Assembly: GCA_963827685.1 (NCBI GenBank)
Contig: CAWHBU010000002.1
Span: 160,001 to 224,000, forward strand
From: an uncultured delta proteobacterium
GTDB taxonomy: Bacteria; Desulfobacterota; BSN033; UBA1163
Reading direction: 5' to 3'
DNA: 64,000 nucleotides
The position numbers and the translations under genes are program-made. This document shows positions 47,764-58,500 of the stretch, in pieces (positions within the stretch are counted from its first letter, which is position 1; the number at the start of each line of letters is the position of its first letter). The notes beneath the pieces were generated by a model, which saw nothing but the letters and a program-made list of their open reading frames with translations, made no database searches and was not told the DNA's origin.

Positions 47764-49755
47764 TTACAAGGATTGATAGACCAGCTCGCTTAGATCGTAG
47801 ACGGCCATGCTTTCTGTCTTCCCCTTCTCTTTGATCCCATCGAATAACATCGTCAGACAGTAAGGACAGGCTGTTCCTATTAACTCGGCCTTAACCGCGA
47901 TGGCATGATCGGTTCGCATCTGATTAATCCGCGTTCCGATATGTTCCTCCATCCACATTCTTCCTCCACCCGCCCCACAGCAGAAGCTCCGCTGACGATG
48001 CTGCTTCATCTCTATCAACTTTAAGCCGGGGATGGATTTTAAAATCTTTCGAGGCGGGTCGTAGATCTGGTTGCCCCTTCCGAGGTAACAAGAATCGTGA
48101 TAGGTGATCACTTTGTTGATAGGTTTGGTGAGTTTCAATTTTCCAGTTGAGATTAGCTCTGTTAAAAATTGGGTGTGGTGAACGACTTGAAATTCCCCGC
48201 CAAATTGGGGGTATTCATTTTTCAACGTATGGAAACAATGAGGACATATCGTGAGGATTTTTTTAACGCCGTATCGTTTCATGATTTCAATATTGGCTTC
48301 CGCCGTCGTCTGGAATAGGTATTCGTTGCCGATTCTCCGTGCCGGGTCTCCACAACATCCTTCCTCATTGCCTAAGATTCCAAACCGGATACCGCTCGCT
48401 TGGAGAATCTTCACTATCGAAGTGGCTACCTTTTGATTTCGGGCATCGAAGCTTCCCACACATCCCACCCAAAAGAGGAACTCAGGATTTTCTGCTTCAG
48501 CAAAGTTTTTCACTCCCAAGTCTTTGGCCCATTCTGCCCGCGTTCCCCGACTCGCCCCCCAGGGGTTGTTGCTCTTCTCGAGATTCTTTAAAGTTGATCG
48601 TACTTCGGAGGAGTACTTTGTTTCCACAAGAACCAAATATCGGCGGAGCTCCACGTTCCGTCTCACCTGCTCTATATAGACCGGGCATGCCTCCTCACAA
48701 GCCATGCAGGTCGTGCAGGCCCAGAGCTCGTCGTCGCCCACGCTGGTTTCCATGATGGCCTCTGGTTGACGCTGATCCCGAGGAGTGGCAAGGAGCTTCG
48801 GCCCCTCGCGCCACAGGTGTTCCTTCAAGTTTTGGGTCATCCGTCTGGGGGAAAGGGGCTTCCCTGTTAGATGCGCCGGGCACACATCCTGGCAGCGACC
48901 GCAATTCGTACACGCCTCAAGATCTAACATCTGCTTCCAGGTAAGCTCGGAGAGCTCCCGTGCTCCAAAGGTCTCTGCTTCTTCGAAATTGGGCATAGGA
49001 TCAAGGGCACCTCTTGTCTTGAAGGAACGGAAGAATATATTTAGGGGCGATAGAAATAAGTGCTGTAAAGGAGAATGGCTTATGGTGACGTAGGCAAAGA
49101 GTATGAATGCCGGTATGGCGTGGATCAGTACTCTGTGCCAGACCAAAAGTTCATTCAAAGGCGCAGTCGGTAGAATGAGAAAGAAACGAGAAATGAGATA
49201 ACTGACGGGTACCCAAGAAAGCCAATCCGGAACAACACCCGGCCCGATGATGGCTATCCGGTAGCCTTTAACAAAGTAGCCGGTAATTAAAAGCACAAAT
49301 CCCCAAACAAAAATCAAGGTCCTGTCGGGCTTGGTAACCAAACGGGACGGTCTGATTACGTATCTTCGGATGATCGCCAGACCTCCGCCCATCAAGACCA
49401 GAAGTCCGCCGATTTCTGAGACAAAAGAAACATATAAAAAGATGTTTTGAGGCGGATTCGTCAATCCAACAGGGTAAGAGAAAAGCCTCACGGTTTTTCC
49501 CAGAAAGATTAAAGCCGTTCCCCAGAAAATCAAAAAATGCATCGTGCCGGGATATAACTCCTTCCAAATCCGGGCATTGGCAAAAGTAACGGCTAAAACG
49601 GTTCTGAGTCGGGCAGCCACTTGACCGGAACAATCTTGATCCTTTCCGAGTTTCCATAGCCGATAATGTTGCCACCAAAAGCTCAATATGAAAACGGCAA
49701 CGAGACCGATGAAAAGAACGAGAAAGCCAAGGATGATCGGCAAAAAGACTTTCAT
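47764..49755 (-). CDS. Membrane-bound Fe-S oxidoreductase (FadF/HdrF type)
   Basis: TM region with His, CTNCGRCQDVCP, CTTCMACEEACP, CCGD, YHDSCYLGR, CCGAGGGRMW; likely start MKVFL. Confidence 0.9.
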   Translation of the reverse strand: MKVFLPIILGFLVLFIGLVAVFILSFWWQHYRLWKLGKDQDCSGQVAARLRTVLAVTFANARIWKELYPGTMHFLIFWGTALIFLGKTVRLFSYPVGLTNPPQNIFLYVSFVSEIGGLLVLMGGGLAIIRRYVIRPSRLVTKPDRTLIFVWGFVLLITGYFVKGYRIAIIGPGVVPDWLSWVPVSYLISRFFLILPTAPLNELLVWHRVLIHAIPAFILFAYVTISHSPLQHLFLSPLNIFFRSFKTRGALDPMPNFEEAETFGARELSELTWKQMLDLEACTNCGRCQDVCPAHLTGKPLSPRRMTQNLKEHLWREGPKLLATPRDQRQPEAIMETSVGDDELWACTTCMACEEACPVYIEQVRRNVELRRYLVLVETKYSSEVRSTLKNLEKSNNPWGASRGTRAEWAKDLGVKNFAEAENPEFLFWVGCVGSFDARNQKVATSIVKILQASGIRFGILGNEEGCCGDPARRIGNEYLFQTTAEANIEIMKRYGVKKILTICPHCFHTLKNEYPQFGGEFQVVHHTQFLTELISTGKLKLTKPINKVITYHDSCYLGRGNQIYDPPRKILKSIPGLKLIEMKQHRQRSFCCGAGGGRMWMEEHIGTRINQMRTDHAIAVKAELIGTACPYCLTMLFDGIKEKGKTESMAVYDLSELVYQSL

Positions 49756-49827
49756 GATGTAAACTTCTTGACTTGTCCAGAAAATCCGATTTAGGTGATC
49801 CATCTCACTTTTCCCAATCCTGAGAGA

Positions 49828-50052
49828 TTAGAAAGGCAACAAGTGCGGATAGAACGTAATCAAATGGGCGACGAAGAAGACGAATGCTAAGCAGCCCATG
49901 ATCATCAACGCTCGATCGATAAAGGTGTTGTACTTTTGGTCTAAGCCAAAGTCGAAAGCAGCAAACTTCAGACCAGCGAACAGGGAGTAGATAACCGCCA
50001 TCAATATGGCCAATTCAACAATGATCGCTATGGGTCTAAGGGATGCTTCCAT
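49828..50052 (-). CDS. Small two-TM membrane protein
   Basis: 74 aa, two hydrophobic helices, GAGGAG RBS, inside the operon. Confidence 0.65.
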   Translation of the reverse strand: MEASLRPIAIIVELAILMAVIYSLFAGLKFAAFDFGLDQKYNTFIDRALMIMGCLAFVFFVAHLITFYPHLLPF

Positions 50053-50085
50053 AAATTGCTCCTCATTATTATTGTATGCAACAAT

Positions 50086-50607
50086 TCAGCGCTTTGGAAA
50101 TCCCTCCCGACCTCCCTTTGCCAAAGGGAGGAGACTGGACATAAACTGGGTCTTCATTCTGCAGGAAGGGCAAAGGTTAAACGGCCAGGTGGTCTCCCTA
50201 TTCATAAGAATCTTGCTTTCCAATTTTCTTACCATCGACCGAGGGAATAGAGGAATGCCACACTCCATACACCTGCAGATTTCATCTTCAAAAATGGTGT
50301 TTGCGCTCTTTCCTGTTTGATTCTTTTCTGGTTCTGTTTCCACCCATTGAAAACAATTCTCCGGACAGGATTTTTCACAAACGCCACAAGCATCGCAAGC
50401 GTCTTCCCGGAAAAGGAGTTGATAAGTATCCCTTTCACTGTTTTGGGAAATGGTTAAAGCCTTTGTCGGACAATCAATCGTGCAAAGGCCGCAGCCCGTA
50501 CATTTTTCTTTATCGACCAGGGGCATGCCGTGCTTCTTGAGCCGGATGATCTTCAAAAACTCCCGTCGGCTAATCCTGTCTTTAGATCCTAATGCGTGTA
50601 ATGTCAT
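50086..50607 (-). CDS. 4Fe-4S ferredoxin-type protein
   Basis: CTGCGLCTIDCP, CDACGVCEKSCP plus C-terminal CxxC...CPSC; overlaps the nrfD-like stop. Confidence 0.85.
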   Translation of the reverse strand: MTLHALGSKDRISRREFLKIIRLKKHGMPLVDKEKCTGCGLCTIDCPTKALTISQNSERDTYQLLFREDACDACGVCEKSCPENCFQWVETEPEKNQTGKSANTIFEDEICRCMECGIPLFPRSMVRKLESKILMNRETTWPFNLCPSCRMKTQFMSSLLPLAKGGREGFPKR

Positions 50608-51800
50608 GTCTTCTTTGTTAGTTCGGGCGTTTGCTGTTCACCCTCATCAACTGGTAATAACTCCAAGTTTTTCAAACCTATGAGAAATAAAAGTCCCATC
50701 AGGGTAAATATTCCAAGTGACATAAAGGACTCAACAGGAGTGATTGGGAAAGAACCTGCCATTCCCCAGATCCCTTCGATTTTCCCCGGATAGAAAGGCA
50801 AAGGATAGGCTGTCCCAGGGATCACCAATGAAAATCTTTCTCCAAATATGCCAATGACGACTAAAAAGGCAGCCACCATTACTCCTTTAAGGGTCTTGCC
50901 AAACCGAGGATGAAATAATATGAGAACGGGAAATACATAGGCGAATCCAACCTGCAATATCCAGAAGATCCAGGAGTAAGGCCCAGTCAATAGCCAGAGG
51001 GTAGGATCTCGATGGGGTGAATAAAGATGGGTCAGTTTATCGACGAGTACCATCACAGCCAGGACAATAATCAGGACCCGGAGGTATCTGCTCAAGGAAA
51101 AGATCAGTTCTTGATTTAGATTCCTTCTCGTAGATTTAAAAGTGGCCACCACGGTGATCATTAGCAGGGCCAGCCCAGAGACCATGGCCGCAGCCAAAAA
51201 TTCAAAAGGCTTGATCGGTGAAAAGAAGATAGGTCGGGTGGCGATGAATCCAAATATGGCTCCTGTACCCATATGGACCAGAGCCGCCCAAAAGATGGCG
51301 ATTTTCCCCATCATGCTGATGAATTTATATTTCTCGGCAAATATGGCCCCGAGGTAAACCATCCCGATCAGGAAATATCCTCCGTATAGAATCCCATTTA
51401 CTGCAAACATGGAGCGCATATTATTCAATACAAAAAACATAAAAAGCCGCCAGGTTTTTTCAGGTCTTCCGAGATCCAGAGCAATCCCAATCATGGCACC
51501 CAGAATAAGAATGATGGCGAGGTAGACAGCGAGCCTTGCGATGGGGCGATATTCCTCTTTCCCAAAGACGTAGGTCAGGGCAGAAAGGATAAGAGAACCG
51601 GCACTCAAGCCTATCAAATAAATAGTGATCGTAATAGGCATTCCCCAGGGGATGATACTGCTTGACCCGAGGACATGGTGACCTGAAATATAGCTCACCA
51701 TGAAACAGATAAAACCAATGAGCGTGAAGATCGAAAAGAGGATCAGGAGTATATAAAACTCTCTCGATTTACCATCTATTTTTGAGTAAGCTAATCCCAT
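50604..51800 (-). CDS. nrfD: NrfD/PsrC-family quinone-interacting membrane anchor
   Basis: PWG..I..Y..GLSAG, DLGRP, HMGTGAIFG, ER..LVIPG; many TM helices. Confidence 0.9.
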   Translation of the reverse strand: MGLAYSKIDGKSREFYILLILFSIFTLIGFICFMVSYISGHHVLGSSSIIPWGMPITITIYLIGLSAGSLILSALTYVFGKEEYRPIARLAVYLAIILILGAMIGIALDLGRPEKTWRLFMFFVLNNMRSMFAVNGILYGGYFLIGMVYLGAIFAEKYKFISMMGKIAIFWAALVHMGTGAIFGFIATRPIFFSPIKPFEFLAAAMVSGLALLMITVVATFKSTRRNLNQELIFSLSRYLRVLIIVLAVMVLVDKLTHLYSPHRDPTLWLLTGPYSWIFWILQVGFAYVFPVLILFHPRFGKTLKGVMVAAFLVVIGIFGERFSLVIPGTAYPLPFYPGKIEGIWGMAGSFPITPVESFMSLGIFTLMGLLFLIGLKNLELLPVDEGEQQTPELTKKT

Positions 51801-51825
51801 CTGAAATTACCTCATTTTAAAACTA

Positions 51826-51949
51826 TTCAGACACTGGACTTCAGACTTTAGACACCAGACTTTGGCCACTTCCTTCATTCAGTCTAATGCCTGCCTTCGC
51901 CGAAGCGCTTCGCGCAGGCAGGTCTGGAGTCTATGGTCTAGTGTCTGAA
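51826..51949. repeat. Heptamer-periodic hairpin (NNNAGAC / GTCTNNN) with embedded GCCTGCC...GCAGG micro-element
   Basis: ttcagac actggac ttcagac tttagac accagac ... gtctgga gtctatg gtctagt gtctgaa; insert at about 51889-51922. Confidence 0.75.
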
Positions 51950-51954
51950 TCGCC

Positions 51955-52650
51955 TCATTTTAAGAGATAATAGACTTTGGGCTTCGTATCCAGTTCCTCC
52001 CGCAATCTGATCCATGCTCTTGAAGACAGCAGGTGAGATACCTTGCTGTGGGTATCATCCAAATCTCCAAATATTCTGGCCTCTGCGGGACAGTCTTCGA
52101 CACAGGCCGGCACTACTTCTGTTCCTATTTTTTTGCCTTCCTTTATCCCTCGATCGATTCGATGAAAACAGAAGGTACATTTCTCGACTACGCCGTGGGT
52201 CCTGGTCGGGAATGGCCATTGTCCCCAGACGCTTCTGTCTGGAGGCAAATCGGGGCGGAGATATTCTTTTTCTTCTTGTTCTTTGCTATTGAAGCTCCTT
52301 GCCCCGTAGGGGCAGGCGACGATGCAATATTTACATCCAATACACCTTCTGAAATCCTGGACGACAATACCGTCTTCACGGCGATAAGTTGCCTTGGCCG
52401 GACAGACGGTGACACAAGGAGCATGATCGCAATGCATACACGGCATTGAGATGATTTCGGTATTCACCCGAGGATATTTCCCGGTGGTCACGGCAATGAC
52501 CTTATTCCAGAAAATATCTCTTCTCATTCTCTGGTCATCCGGTGAGCCATATGGAACGTTGTTCTCGTTCTTGCAAGCCGTTGAGCATGCCTGGCAGCCG
52601 ACACATTTATCCAGATCAATCACCATTCCCCATCTTGGCATTGTTATCAC
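51955..52650 (-). CDS. 4x[4Fe-4S] electron-transfer subunit (ArrB/PsrB/NrfC family)
   Basis: RWGMVIDLDKCVGCQAC..AC, CMHCDHAPC..VCP, CIGCKYC..ACPY, EKCTFC, PACV..CP. Confidence 0.93.
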   Translation of the reverse strand: MITMPRWGMVIDLDKCVGCQACSTACKNENNVPYGSPDDQRMRRDIFWNKVIAVTTGKYPRVNTEIISMPCMHCDHAPCVTVCPAKATYRREDGIVVQDFRRCIGCKYCIVACPYGARSFNSKEQEEKEYLRPDLPPDRSVWGQWPFPTRTHGVVEKCTFCFHRIDRGIKEGKKIGTEVVPACVEDCPAEARIFGDLDDTHSKVSHLLSSRAWIRLREELDTKPKVYYLLK

Positions 52651-52657
52651 CCCAAAA

Positions 52658-52790
52658 TTCAGACACTGGACTCTCGCCTGCCAAAGAACTTGTTCGGCGA
52701 GCAGGTCAGACTTTAGACACCAGACGTTCTTATTTACTCAGGGAACGAACCTCTCCTCGGTCTAATGTCTGAGGTCTATGGTCTGATGTC
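52658..52790. repeat. Second copy of the AGAC/GTCT heptamer hairpin, insert in the other arm
   Basis: ttcagac actggac t[ctcgcctgcc...gcgagcagg]tcagac tttagac accagac ... gtctaat gtctgag gtctatg gtctgat. Confidence 0.72.
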
Positions 52791-55131
52791 ATAGTTTATA
52801 AACCTTCACTCTGGTATTAAAAAAGGCAGCTTGCCCGCTGATGGTGTCATAATCCACACCGATGATGTCATGGGGATTCACACCGATTCCCTTTTGCCAT
52901 TTTCCATAGGAGTAATGTCCTTGTCCAGAAGGCATCGCTACCACCCCTGGATGAACCCCTTCAGAAAACTTAACCTTTGCTTTAATTTTTTGGAACGGAG
53001 ATTCTACCCATACCATTTGGCCATCCTTCAGCCGAAGTTTCTTTGCGGTTTCGCTATTCATCTCCGCCAGGGTTTCCCAGCCCACTCCATCCATGGGCAG
53101 AAATATTTCCTGGGCCCAAGGATAATTCTGACTTCCGTTTTCTATAGTCACGAGAGGTTGATAAGGAAGCAATATAAAGGGAAATTTTTCTTTATCCCCT
53201 AAGAATTTTGCCTCTGTGTAGTGCGGCAGGTAGTCTGAACCTTCGCCTTTCCCCTTTTTCATTTTGGCAATTAAGGCTTTGAGGTTTCCTGAGGAAAATT
53301 CAAGTTTTTTGGAGGGGGTGTGGAAAATACGGTCATACTTCCTATATTCATAATCTTTTCCTATCCAGACTCCCTTTTTTAGAAAATCTTTCCAGGGGAT
53401 CAGTTTTTCAGTTCGGATTTTAACAAACCCTTCGGCATGATCACCTATATTGGCAAAGGATTGGGCCACTCCTCCTCGAAGTCCTCGCGCTATATCAAAA
53501 AGGATATCTATAATAGGGCGTGCACTGCCTTGGGGGGAGACGGCTGGCCGTTTAATTTTAACTTCGGCAAAACCTGATCCCGGAGGGGAATGATCGTAAC
53601 CCCATTCCTCCAAAAAAGTGGTGGATGGCAATACCAGGTCAGCGTAGAGTGCCATCTCACTGATAAAGGGAGAGAGATGGACATAATAGGGTAGTTTCGT
53701 CAAAGCCTTATCCCATCGATCCGTTCCGGGGGAAGACATGTTAAAGTTGCTATTGAAGCCGATAGCCATCTCAATGGGGTAGGGGGCATTTTCTAACAGG
53801 GATTCAGGGATTTGATTTGTTACGACCTTGGCCGCAGGAAATCTATCGGTTCCATGAAGATCGATGACTGGTTTGGCTTTGCCTTTTTTTGTTGTCTCAT
53901 CCTCCACCCATCGGGGCATTTCATTATATTGAGGACTCTCCTGATAGATGATCCCTCCTGGTACATCGATGCTGCCCACTAAGGCATTCAGGCAGAATAT
54001 GGCGTAGCTGGTGAATGACCCTTCAGGCCAGTTAAGCGATTCCTTACCTCGCAGGGCAAGGGCGGGTTGGGTTTGGGCAAATTCTCTTGCGATTCTTTGA
54101 ATGGCCTCGGGTTCAATGCCAGTTATTTTTGATACCTCTTTTGGCGCATATTGACTGAGCACCAAATTCTTATAGGAATCGAATCCCACTGTCCAGCCTT
54201 TGACAAACGTCTTATCATAAAGTTCTTCGCTGATGATGACGTGGGCAATGGCCATCGCCAGGGCACCGTCTGTGCCTGGGTTGATGGGTATCCACTCATC
54301 CGCTTTGGCTGCCGTAACGGAGTATCTTGGATTGATCACCACAACTTTTGTGCGATTTGGTTTTTCCCGGCGGAATTTTCCCCATTTTCTCAAAAATCGA
54401 GACAAAGGCTTGGAGGATTCGAGCATATCGGTGCCAAATGCCAGGACATAATTGGTGTGATCAAGATCATAAGCCGTATCGGCATAGTGTCCGTCGGCCA
54501 TCCAGTTACCCGATTTCTCTGTCTCACTATCCAGTCCGTCTCCCGAAACAAGATTGGGGGTTCCAAAGGCTTCTGCAAATCGGAGAATCAACTCTTCACT
54601 GCTGACCGTATTTAATCCGTAAAAAAGGAGAACTTTATGGGATTCGCCATTCTCTCTCAGTTTTCTTAATCGGTTTGTCACTTCACTCAACGCTTGATCC
54701 CAAGAGATAGGAGTCCATTTAGGATCGACCCCTTTTCCTTTTTTGTTGTTTGTTCTTTTTAAAGGGGTATTGATCCGTTCGGAATCATATAATACCTGAA
54801 GACCAACGTGTGCCCGGGGGCAGATCTTCCCTTCGGAAACTCGCGAAAGAGGATTTCCGGTTATCTTGACTGCTTTGCCATTTACCACCCTTACCCGGGT
54901 AGCACAACGAGCCGGACAATTCAAACAAGAGGTGGCTATCCATTTCTCTTCAAAGGTCTTCTGAATATTTTTTTGAAGAGGGGAGGCCGCAGGGGTATCC
55001 AATTGACCGATGATCTTACTGGCTCCGACTGCCGCAGCGGTGAAGGCCGACCACTTAAGAAATTTCCTTCTGTCCATCTTCAACCCATTTCGCTCCTTTT
55101 CTTTTGACCCCGACCCAACCTTGTTTTTCAT
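52789..55131 (-). CDS. Tat-exported DMSO-reductase-family molybdopterin oxidoreductase, ArrA/ArxA-like
   Basis: DRRKFLK Tat motif; C-x2-C-x3-C-x27-C; PLKRTN.KKG.GVDPKW.PISWD.AL; PGTDGALA; ADLVLP; GQGH. Confidence 0.88.
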   Translation of the reverse strand: MKNKVGSGSKEKERNGLKMDRRKFLKWSAFTAAAVGASKIIGQLDTPAASPLQKNIQKTFEEKWIATSCLNCPARCATRVRVVNGKAVKITGNPLSRVSEGKICPRAHVGLQVLYDSERINTPLKRTNNKKGKGVDPKWTPISWDQALSEVTNRLRKLRENGESHKVLLFYGLNTVSSEELILRFAEAFGTPNLVSGDGLDSETEKSGNWMADGHYADTAYDLDHTNYVLAFGTDMLESSKPLSRFLRKWGKFRREKPNRTKVVVINPRYSVTAAKADEWIPINPGTDGALAMAIAHVIISEELYDKTFVKGWTVGFDSYKNLVLSQYAPKEVSKITGIEPEAIQRIAREFAQTQPALALRGKESLNWPEGSFTSYAIFCLNALVGSIDVPGGIIYQESPQYNEMPRWVEDETTKKGKAKPVIDLHGTDRFPAAKVVTNQIPESLLENAPYPIEMAIGFNSNFNMSSPGTDRWDKALTKLPYYVHLSPFISEMALYADLVLPSTTFLEEWGYDHSPPGSGFAEVKIKRPAVSPQGSARPIIDILFDIARGLRGGVAQSFANIGDHAEGFVKIRTEKLIPWKDFLKKGVWIGKDYEYRKYDRIFHTPSKKLEFSSGNLKALIAKMKKGKGEGSDYLPHYTEAKFLGDKEKFPFILLPYQPLVTIENGSQNYPWAQEIFLPMDGVGWETLAEMNSETAKKLRLKDGQMVWVESPFQKIKAKVKFSEGVHPGVVAMPSGQGHYSYGKWQKGIGVNPHDIIGVDYDTISGQAAFFNTRVKVYKL

Positions 55132-55587
55132 TGCTTCTACCCCAAGAATTTTATAAAACCCTGAGCAGTGTATTCAAAAGAATTGATGGATGTCAATCCG
55201 CAAGCAAACCTCCTGCTTGCAGTTAGCTGTGAAATTATACATTTTTTTTGTGGAATTGCAATAAATTCTTGCGTGGAGCGCGGCAAGGTAAAGGTAAGGT
55301 TTAAATTTCTAAATGCATTAGTCCCTATGTTCCAAAGGGAAAAGAATAAGAGTTTCCCTGTTTCTTCCCCTTATCGTGAGGGACTCTCCTCTCCTCCGAC
55401 TTCTCTGGCGACGTCATTGTGCTGATCAATAACCCAATCCGCCCTGGCTGAAAAACTGTCGTCTGTCCCGTATCCTGCGGAAGAGCGGTGAATTTATTAT
55501 TCGGGCTTACCGATATGGTGACTGACGCAGGATTCTCACTTAGGCCCGAAAAATCCCAAACTCATAAGAAGGTGAAGCCTATCGAGT

Positions 55588-58500
55588 TCAAGGTCCCGGG
55601 TTATTCACTTGCGTTGTGCCTGAAAAGGCAATTCCACTCCCACCGCTGATGATCTCTCCTGTGACGGTCGAGCTACTGAGCGCTACTGCCCGTTGCGGCG
55701 CCAATACAATCCCGACCACAGAGGCCCCCCCGCTCATCGCAACGCCCCTTCCACTCCCAACGAAGTTGTAAAGAACATCTGAGGGAGTGATACCCCCTGC
55801 CAACACGATCCTGCTTACCCCTGAAAGAGCGAAGCTGCCGGAAACATTCATGATGAAACACCCCCCGTGGGGAGCATTCAACGTCACCGTCCCGTTTGAG
55901 ATGGCTACGTTCGTGATATGCAAGACATTGGTCCCTATGCCGCCCGTAATGGTGATGTTCTGAGACGGGTTGCTGATCGTGATACTCGTGGGAGAAGTAA
56001 TGGTGGCTGGCAGGCTCGCCGCACTCTGTGAAGCTGCCAGGGCATCCGCAACTGCCTGGTCCAGGATTCCATTGGTCGCCGTATTCTGCTGAATGCCCCC
56101 AGCCACTTTGCTGGTCCCAGATTTGTTTAAACGGCCTGCTGTGTTGAGGGAGAGTATGCCATTGATGATAGAGGATCCGCTCATATTCACATTACCGGCA
56201 TCGGCAACCCCCACGTTGGCCACTACTCCCTTAACAGAGGATGAGCCGCTCATCGATACGCTGGTACTGCTTGCCGAACCGATCCCTCCCATTCCAAGAA
56301 TACCCCATTGGCCTGGACCTGCTGAACGCAAGAGGTTAACCGGGGTATAGGGATTCCATTCAGAAACCGAGAAGTCATCGAAGTAGAACGGACTGCCTAA
56401 ATGATGAATGACCCCTATTTTATTCAGGATAAAGGAGTGCGTGCCCTCGTATTCCCACGTAGCATTTTTCGGAGACACCTGGAGGCCGCTGCCCACATGA
56501 ACGTCGTCAATGAACACATCCGCAATCAGATTTGCAAAGTCAATCTGAACGCGGACTTTGTGCCAGACCCCGATAGAAAAACTGTCCAGTAATAGAACCG
56601 TGAATCCGTGGTCTCTATCGGCACTGGTGAAATAGACCTTTCCGTCAGTCCCATTAAAGTAGACAGCATTGAACTGGGGCACAATCCCCAGGATCTCTTC
56701 AGAGAAGCCAACGTACGCACCACTCGCTGTCGAATTGACCTTTGCCCAGACCTCATAGGCGATTCTGTCAGGATAAGTGTCACCAAGGTTCACAAAAGCG
56801 CTTCCACTGCCCTCCGGTCCGCTGGAAACAGAGATAGAGTTTGCTGGGGAATGGGACCCACTGCCTGTCACAATCGCCGGGCCCCCATTGAAGTTATCCC
56901 ATGGAAGATTCGGCAGTGTCCCGACAGGATCATCCTCAAAGTCGTCCGAGAAAGGCAGGCTGACCACCTGGATCTGTTTGAACGTAGCAATGATCGTATG
57001 ATCCGAGGTGACGTTGCTGAAGGTATAGGACTTCGTTACACCCAGCATTGCTCCATCCACTTCCACATCCGATATGCGATAGCCGGTATTCGGGGTGATG
57101 GTGAAGGTCAGGCTCCCGCCGTGATCCACGGTAACCGATCCTGATGGAGTGATCGTGCCGTTTGATCCCGCCGCTGCGATAATCGTGTGCTGGTTGATCG
57201 CAAAGAGGGCTTCGATCGTATGGGCAGCGGTCACATTGGTAAATGTGTAGGTCGCTTTCGCCCCTATCGATCTCCCATCTACGTTTACATCTGATATGCG
57301 ATACCCAGCATCCGGAACCATGGTGAATGTCTGGCTCGCACCATGATCCACTGTCATGGCTCCTGATGGAACGATTGAGCCGTTTGGTCCTGCTGTTGCA
57401 ATAATCGTGTACTGGTTGATTGCAAAGTTTGCCTGAATCACATGATTCGTAGTCACATTGCTGATCGTGTACTCAGTTATAGGAACCCCATTATCCGTCA
57501 CCTCCACCACATGATAACCCTCACTCGGTGTGATGGTGAAGGTCTGGTTGCTCCCGTAATCAACCAACATCGATCCCGACGGGGTGATCGTGCCATTCGG
57601 CCCCGCAGTCGCTGTAATCGTGTACTGGTTGATTGCAAAGCTCGCCTGAATCACATGATTCGTAGTCACATTGCTGATCGTGTACTCAGTTATAGGAACC
57701 CCATTATCCGTCACCTCCACCACATGATAACCCTCACTCGGTGTGATGGTGAAGGTCTGGCTGCTCCCGTAATCAACCAACATCGATCCCGACGGGGTGA
57801 TCGTGCCATTCGGCCCCGCAGTCGCTGTAATCGTGTACTGGTTGATTGCAAAGCTCGCCTGAATCACATGATCCGCAGTCACATTGCTGATCGTGTAGTC
57901 AGTTATAGGAACCCCGTTATCCGTCACCTCCACCACGTGATAACCCTCACTCGGTGTGATGGTGAAGGTCTGGCTTTCTCCATGATTTACTATGACTGCG
58001 CCCGATGGAGTGATTGTGCCGCCCGGTCCTGCTGTAGCCGTAATCGTATGCTGGGCGCTGAATGAGAATACCGAGAAGTCATCAAAGTAGAACGGCTCTC
58101 CAAGAGCATGCGTTACCCCGATTTTATTTAATTGGAAGGAATGCGTGCCGTCCTGCTCCCACGTGGCATCCTTCGGAGAAACTGGGAGGTCTCTGCCCAC
58201 CAGAACGTCGTCAATGAACACATCCGCAATCAGATTTGCAAAGTCGATCTGAACGCGGACTTTGTGCCAAACGCCAATAGCGAAACTATCCAATAGTGGA
58301 ACCGTGAACCCATGGTCTTTATCGGCACTGGTGAAGTAGACCTTTCCGTCAGTCCCGTTAAAGTAGACGGCGTTAAATTGAGGCATGATGCCTAAGATCT
58401 CTTCAGAGAAGCCGACGTAGGCACTGCTCGCCGTCGAATTCACCTTGGCCCAGACCTCATAGGCGATCCTGTCAGGATAAGTCTCGCCGAGACCGACAAA

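Noticed and set aside
50086-50607. SRREFLK as a Tat export signal
   Set aside because: No hydrophobic h-region follows (IIRLKKHG).
21121-52790. Periodic repeats as CRISPR arrays
   Set aside because: Units are 6-8 bp without unique spacers, and there are no cas genes.
52789-55131. Assigning the symbol arrA or arxA, or a selenocysteine ligand
   Set aside because: Diagnostic active-site motifs are absent, and the ligand-position codon is GAT, not TGA.
56360-58490. Duplicated lectin-like segments as a diversity-generating retroelement TR/VR pair
   Set aside because: Both copies are in-frame domains of one gene, differences are not adenine-specific and include synonymous changes, and there is no reverse transcriptase in the window.
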